Source: Desulfurococcaceae archaeon (lineage in GTDB: Archaea; Thermoproteota; Thermoprotei_A; Sulfolobales; Desulfurococcaceae). From it: a DNA stretch of 64,000 nt. The stretch is taken from NCBI GenBank assembly GCA_038888155.1, contig JAWAJB010000002.1, positions 192,001 through 256,000 of the forward strand, given 5' to 3'. Numbering within the stretch: position 1 is the stretch's first letter; every line of letters starts with the position of its first letter. A model generated the notes under the pieces. That model was given only the letters and a program-made list of their open reading frames with translations, searched no databases and was not told where the DNA came from. This document shows, in pieces, positions 58,942 to 64,000 of this stretch. The translations under genes were made by a program, and so were the position numbers.

Positions 58942-60186
58942 TCATTTGGTAAATTTAGAGAATATGTAGTAAATCAAACCTGTTACTGCCATTGAGGGCA
59001 GAGTTGCACCTAGCCAAGGCAAATAAGCCGAAATGATTACATAAAGGCCGAACCCAATAAACCACGATGCAATCCCAGGATATCTCAGCTGTTGTGCCTT
59101 TTCGCCGATTAGTTCTTCGATTTCATATTTTTTCCTGCATACCGCAAAGTAATCTATGATCATAATTGATGCTAAGGGAACGAAAGCCCCACCGATAAGT
59201 AGCAGGAACCATTCGTACTCTTGCATAGGGAAAATGAGAGCAATAGCTGTTCCTAGTAAACCCACGAATAAAATTTGTCTTCTAAGCGATTCACGGGGTC
59301 TTACATTCTTAAAGGTTATGGCAGCAGAATATATATCTAAGAACGTAGTAGTTGTAGTTGACAATAGCACAATCAGCATTGCCGGTATCCCCAGTCCATA
59401 AACAGCGATAATTCCTATCGGATCACCTATACCTAAGTACATGTTTGATATCCCGCCTACAAAATAAAACAAGCTACTAGTTATGAAGTACCCAAGAAAT
59501 GTACTCCAGAAAGCACCTCCCTTTACGAGTCTTGAGTAATCAGCGACAAGGGGTAACCAAGAAACTGGCATCGCCACAACCAGGTCCAAGGCTTGTAGTT
59601 CGGTCAAATCGCCTGTACTGTAATGCCAATTTACAAAGCCTATATTGCCAACAACTACAGTCGTAAGCCAAACAATGAGAACTAGTAGCATGAGAGCAGA
59701 TATTCTTTCGAGCCACCTCCACTTTTTGGGTCCTACAACGGTCCAAAAAGTATTGAGCAATCCGAAAACTATTATCCATAAACTGAAATTCGACGGATAC
59801 CCGAGAGCTATGAAAACGGTATCTAAGGCTCTTGCACCAACGATATTCATGACAGCAGTCCAGCCAATTAGTTGCAAGTAGTTGAGCAGGGATGCTAAGA
59901 ATGATCCCTTCACACCAAGCGGTCTTCGCGAAAGAACCATTGTTGGGACGCCAACTTGATATCCCTCTAATGCCACAAGTCCCATTAACGCATTACCTAT
60001 TATGTGCCCAATTATTATTACAACCAATGCTGAAAACAGTGAAACTCCAGGTACCAACAACGCGCCAGCCCAAAACTCAGCTATAGAAATGCCTGCTCCA
60101 AACCAAATTGCCAGCAGATCCCATGAATTTAGGAATCTCTGTGAGTGGGACACGGGCTCAATTCGGCTACTCGCATCTTCGCTCAT
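58942..60186 (-). CDS. cytX: NCS1 family permease, CytX-like (putative hydroxymethylpyrimidine transporter)
   Basis: WFGAGISIAE, LQLIGWTAVM, AMPVSWLPLVADYSR, STTTTTFLDIYSA. Confidence 0.82.
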   Translation of the reverse strand: MSEDASSRIEPVSHSQRFLNSWDLLAIWFGAGISIAEFWAGALLVPGVSLFSALVVIIIGHIIGNALMGLVALEGYQVGVPTMVLSRRPLGVKGSFLASLLNYLQLIGWTAVMNIVGARALDTVFIALGYPSNFSLWIIVFGLLNTFWTVVGPKKWRWLERISALMLLVLIVWLTTVVVGNIGFVNWHYSTGDLTELQALDLVVAMPVSWLPLVADYSRLVKGGAFWSTFLGYFITSSLFYFVGGISNMYLGIGDPIGIIAVYGLGIPAMLIVLLSTTTTTFLDIYSAAITFKNVRPRESLRRQILFVGLLGTAIALIFPMQEYEWFLLLIGGAFVPLASIMIIDYFAVCRKKYEIEELIGEKAQQLRYPGIASWFIGFGLYVIISAYLPWLGATLPSMAVTGLIYYIFSKFTK

Positions 60187-60208
60187 AATACCACCAAAGG
60201 GATTCCAT

Positions 60209-60226
60209 ATATAAACCAGTTTATAT
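60209..60226. promoter_or_regulatory. Palindromic operator upstream of cytX (candidate ThiR site)
   Basis: ATATAAAC-CA-GTTTATAT, 23-40 nt upstream of the start codon. Confidence 0.5.
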
Positions 60227-60633
60227 GCTTTAGATAATTCGGTTATCGCGCATTACAAGAGTGTAGAGCGATATTTCATATATTGAGTATATCGTCGATA
60301 ACCGGCCCAATTAGATATCTCTGAATTTAAATATAGTATGTCAAATGGGACATCGCTTAGTATCAATTCTCCAGCATAAGCACAAGTGGAGAAAATATGC
60401 CCGCTAGACATTAAGACCGTGAACATAGTAATAAGCAGTGAAGATTTAGTGAAGAGCCGGCGGAAGTTCGAATAAAAAGGAGGTAAATTGCGCGATTTTC
60501 CTTTGTCGTTTTCTCTATGTCCTGCTATTCTAAAGCTTAAATTACAAAATTATTCGTTTTAATCAATTTAGTTTGAAACCCTATTGGTTTTACGAAATGT
60601 TTAGTTTTATGAGCCCCTTAAACATGACAATGT

Positions 60634-61017
60634 TTGCTGGAGGAGCCCGTGTCCGAGGATGTATATCAATTGAGAAAGGGAGTATGGGTCAAACTAAGTA
60701 ATGAAGCCAGCAAGCGCGTTGTCCATATAATTAAGAGCGTTGAAGATAAACAGCGCGTTGAGTGTCTCGTACGCGCAACGGAAAAGACATATGCACTATA
60801 CTACGAAGTTTTCATGGTTCTTGAGCCGACGAGGAGGCTCAAAAATTCTAGAGGCGACATTAATTACGATGAATACGTCTTTAGGGTGGGCGATAAATTA
60901 TTCGTTTTAACGGTGCTGTACAGGTATACTAACAAGTGCTTTGATACAGGGGTCTATATTGGGCTAGACAAAGGTAAAATTTTGACACTAAGAAAACTTG
61001 CGAAGTGGGAGTTCTAA
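60634..61017 (+). CDS. Hypothetical protein
   Basis: 127 aa ORF with GGAGGA RBS before GTG ~60649; no motif recognised. Confidence 0.6.
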   Translation: MLEEPVSEDVYQLRKGVWVKLSNEASKRVVHIIKSVEDKQRVECLVRATEKTYALYYEVFMVLEPTRRLKNSRGDINYDEYVFRVGDKLFVLTVLYRYTNKCFDTGVYIGLDKGKILTLRKLAKWEF

Positions 61018-61320
61018 ACTTTTTTGGACTTAAACACCAAAATGTTGTAGAAATAGGGAATTGGCTATCAGAAATTTCTAGGTAAACGTTAAGCAAAGAA
61101 CAAAAAATGATTGATTTGGTTAATACACCGTGAATTACTATTAAATAGTGCTCGACAGGCTCGCTAGGGTATACGAAAGGCAGGGTAAAGTAAAAGAAGA
61201 TCGTGTCAGACTGCCAATCAAAGTGTAACATAGTAAGAAAAGAGTACCTTTTAAAAAATAAAGAGACAGTTAAAAAAAAATAATGAAGCAGATTGGAGCT
61301 TTTATGCACACGTAAAAAAA

Positions 61321-62796
61321 TTAAGAGTGCCCCGCGCTCTCTCTTCTTTTAGCCACTGCCTCACTAATTTCATACACAAAGCTCTTGAATTTGTTAATAA
61401 TATTTTCATCGTTGGGATCTATCGTTGAAAATACCCCGCGATTCCAAACGGTTATCAAGGGTTTAATTGCATTCTCCCGATACCTGCAGTAATACCTTAT
61501 AACGACATCTGATAATACCTCATTTCTTCTAACCCACCCTTCACTGATTCTTGTTGTTAAATGTATCACTAGCTTTCCATTGTTCTTAAGCCATGCATAT
61601 AGAGCGGAAATATTGTTCCAATATTTGGTCTTGTCTTTAGTTCTTATCCATATATTCTCTGCCTCATTGATAACTATTATGCCTGGATTATACTTCTCGA
61701 TCGCTCCTCGTATATGCGAGATCAACTCCTCCAGCGGGTACCTCGATGGATTTATCGACTCGAAAAAGAAGTAGTTTTCAACAACCCATCGAATTTCCTC
61801 CCTTTTAAGACTCGTATACTCGGCTAAAACCCTGTAAGGAATCATCATTTTAAATTCGTGGGGTGACCACTTGAAGGAGAACACCAATATTTTTAAGTCA
61901 TTAAATAGAGCAAGAGCGATTATAGGTATAAATATATCAACATTACGTGCATATGGAGGAGCGCTGTTTGTTATCACATCCCCACTATAAATGCTTCCAA
62001 TAAGATGCTTCCACAATTCAAGTCCCCGTAGCTCCTTAGACAGCGTTACTAGAGGTCTTACTGGAGTTGGCGGAACGTGCAAATCAATGCCCCTACTTTG
62101 CATAATTGTGAAAGGTATCTCGGCTAACAGTATCGGTGAGCCACGGGCTTTCCTGATCTCAAGCGAGCGTGAGATAAGCCCTCCATGTTTTTTGAGCCTT
62201 AGTGCGAGTACGATATCGGAGACGAACTCCGCGCCCCCAAGATCTTGAACCTCCTTGTTCATTTGTATCTCTGCTACCAAAACCAGAAGTCCATTAACAA
62301 TTTTATCTAAATGGTAAAAGAAATTCAGTAAAACAGCTCTCTTTGTCTCCAGAGCTTCTATAAGCTCTAATATTGGATTTACTGAGTCTATCACCACTAT
62401 GCTATAGCTACTTTTTACAACTAAATGGCTAATAGTATTCATTATCTCTTCGGGTGAGGCTACTGGTAGTTTAACGTAAGTTAGTAGCTGCTTGCTCTCC
62501 GCTTCCTGCAAGTTTATTCCCAGCTTTCCCATGTTCCTGTACAGCTTTTCTTTATCCTCGTAGAAAGTTATGAAGAGGCACTTGTGGCCCCTGAGAGCAT
62601 TTGAGTAGCAGATCTTGGAGGCAAGAGTAGTCTTTCCGGAGCCGGGGTGACCTACAATTAGAAGCATGGACTTGGATGGAATATCGCCGAGCAATTCATC
62701 TAGGCCAGAAATACCTGTGATGAACGAAGTACTCACTTTTATCACTTGATGATTTTCGGATGTCTTCATGTACAATATATTTGTATTGATGAACAA
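61321..62796 (-). CDS. KaiC/RAD55-family ATPase, tandem domains, second degenerate
   Basis: TGISGLDELL, Walker A GHPGSGKT, VVIDS, EFVSDIVL, LEIRKARG; second domain lacks a Walker A. Confidence 0.85.
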   Translation of the reverse strand: MFINTNILYMKTSENHQVIKVSTSFITGISGLDELLGDIPSKSMLLIVGHPGSGKTTLASKICYSNALRGHKCLFITFYEDKEKLYRNMGKLGINLQEAESKQLLTYVKLPVASPEEIMNTISHLVVKSSYSIVVIDSVNPILELIEALETKRAVLLNFFYHLDKIVNGLLVLVAEIQMNKEVQDLGGAEFVSDIVLALRLKKHGGLISRSLEIRKARGSPILLAEIPFTIMQSRGIDLHVPPTPVRPLVTLSKELRGLELWKHLIGSIYSGDVITNSAPPYARNVDIFIPIIALALFNDLKILVFSFKWSPHEFKMMIPYRVLAEYTSLKREEIRWVVENYFFFESINPSRYPLEELISHIRGAIEKYNPGIIVINEAENIWIRTKDKTKYWNNISALYAWLKNNGKLVIHLTTRISEGWVRRNEVLSDVVIRYYCRYRENAIKPLITVWNRGVFSTIDPNDENIINKFKSFVYEISEAVAKRRESAGHS

Positions 62797-62977
62797 TATA
62801 AAAATTTAACGCATAATACTTTATTTTGCTTTTCTCTACCCGATCCATTCAACTTAATATTAAGTAATTTTTAAGTAAATGGTAAATAGACTAATCGACA
62901 AATTGTCCACTCCTCCTAGATGGGGATGACGTTATGGTAGTATAAGCCCAATAAGTGTTTATTTGTTTTTGGTAATC

Positions 62978-64000
62978 CTAAGCCAATGGCTCCCTCAGTA
63001 AGACTCTTCCTGCTAACGTTTTATTGTACTTTGAGTTCTCAACAACTATAGTACCGTTGACTAGTACGTATTTTATCCCGCTAGGCGGCTGCCTAGGATC
63101 GCCTAGAAGGGGATGATCTAGCTCGACAACGTTAAATACAACGATATCAGCATAGTAGCCTTGCTTGATGCCCCCCCTTCTAGCTAGACCAGCAATTCTT
63201 GCAGGTATGCTAGTTAGTTTTTCTATGGCCTCCTCTATAGGTAAAATATTTTTCTCAACCACATATTTCTTTATAAACCTAGGGAAGCAGCCGTAAGTAT
63301 TAGGATGTGGAAGATAGTACGGAGGGACCTTTAACTCCCATTGCATCCCCAAGTTAAACGTGTCTGTTACAACAGCAGAGATCTTATGCTTTATAGCTTC
63401 CTCAAGAGAGGCTTCATGTAGCTCTAACATTCTGTTGATCTCAATTTCAGTTGTTGGGTCTTCGGAGAGTAAATCTAATATAAGATCTACAATGTCCTTG
63501 TTTAATTTCTCGGAGACTTCATATAATGTGAATCCTGAGATCCCGTCTACATTGCTTTTAACTATTGTTATATGTTTAGCTAAATCAGTTATATAGAATG
63601 GGTTAAGAGAGTATATTTTACCCTCTTGAATATTCCTCTTAACTTCATCTCTATAATCCTTAGCTCTCAATAAATTTCCTAATCGTTCGAGGTTGCCTGC
63701 GTCCCGGATGCATGGAGATAACAGTGATGCAAGGTATTTTATTTTAAAGACGCCGCCCGTTTCCGTGGGAATAACATCGAATCCTATCTCAAGACCCGAT
63801 TCACGAGCTTTCTCAATGGTTTTTATAGTTTCGCGGGCAGAAACCCTCCATAATTCCTCATTATCAGGGTAAACTATGTAGCCGGGCAATAGATGCGAGA
63901 TCTCTACCCTTATCCCAGCCTTTCTTCCTACTTCAATGGCCTCTATTATTCCTTCAATTTTACGTGGCAATAATTTCGAGGTTCCTCTTCTTATACCCGT
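62978..64000 (-). CDS. N-acyl-D-amino-acid deacylase family amidohydrolase (copy 2, 5' end outside window)
   Basis: EISHL, FDVIP, PHPNTYGCFPR, ADIVVF, GIKYVLVNG; frame open to window end. Confidence 0.85.
   Translation of the reverse strand, partial: TGIRRGTSKLLPRKIEGIIEAIEVGRKAGIRVEISHLLPGYIVYPDNEELWRVSARETIKTIEKARESGLEIGFDVIPTETGGVFKIKYLASLLSPCIRDAGNLERLGNLLRAKDYRDEVKRNIQEGKIYSLNPFYITDLAKHITIVKSNVDGISGFTLYEVSEKLNKDIVDLILDLLSEDPTTEIEINRMLELHEASLEEAIKHKISAVVTDTFNLGMQWELKVPPYYLPHPNTYGCFPRFIKKYVVEKNILPIEEAIEKLTSIPARIAGLARRGGIKQGYYADIVVFNVVELDHPLLGDPRQPPSGIKYVLVNGTIVVENSKYNKTLAGRVLLREPLA

Noticed and set aside
60436-60505. Tandem GTGAAGA motifs as a C/D sRNA
   Set aside because: No CTGA D box at a suitable distance
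60187-60630. TPP riboswitch upstream of cytX
   Set aside because: No CTGAGA or other TPP aptamer core visible on the minus strand
60929-61309. 126-aa minus-strand ORF
   Set aside because: Low-complexity F/S/L composition from A-rich DNA; overlaps the + strand gene
61321-62796. Circadian clock kaiC
   Set aside because: No kaiA/kaiB in the window and the second domain is degenerate
1-64000. CRISPR arrays, tRNA/rRNA genes, transposases, integrases
   Set aside because: No periodic repeats, T-loop/cloverleaf signatures or recombinase motifs found by eye; small MITEs cannot be excluded

Overview
Archaeal chromosomal DNA of roughly 40% GC. It is very probably Thermoproteota (Desulfurococcales-like), judged from a Sulfolobus-type single-OB SSB, GGTGA-type RBS motifs, frequent TTG/GTG starts and a C/D-box sRNA. 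The left half (1-29 kb) is mostly core or energy metabolism: pyrF-pyrE-pyrK-pyrD, SSB plus a PqqD-like gene, moaD/aor/radical-SAM maturase, a MoxR AAA+/VWA pair, XdhC, proC, THUMP, nitroreductases, a ThiF/MoeB E1, a rhomboid, iorAB-acdA, two MBL hydrolases, a B12 radical SAM and argH. The right half (29-64 kb) is a dense accessory catabolic island. It holds a Dpp/Opp ABC importer, a cytoplasmic class-A beta-lactamase-fold serine hydrolase, two N-acyl-D-amino-acid deacylases, three DapE-like M20 hydrolases, an N-carbamoylase, a non-canonical enolase-superfamily racemase, two PLP lyases, an aldolase/isomerase/kinase set and an NCS1 permease. I infer this is a D-amino-acid or cell-wall-peptide scavenging system in a lineage with no peptidoglycan. 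Two domain-precise, GC-enriched intragenic repeats (527 bp shared by two M20 genes, 128 bp shared by dppD and dppF) suggest ongoing gene conversion or domain shuffling. I saw no tRNA, rRNA, CRISPR array or transposase. All calls rest on motif recognition by eye; no database search was run.
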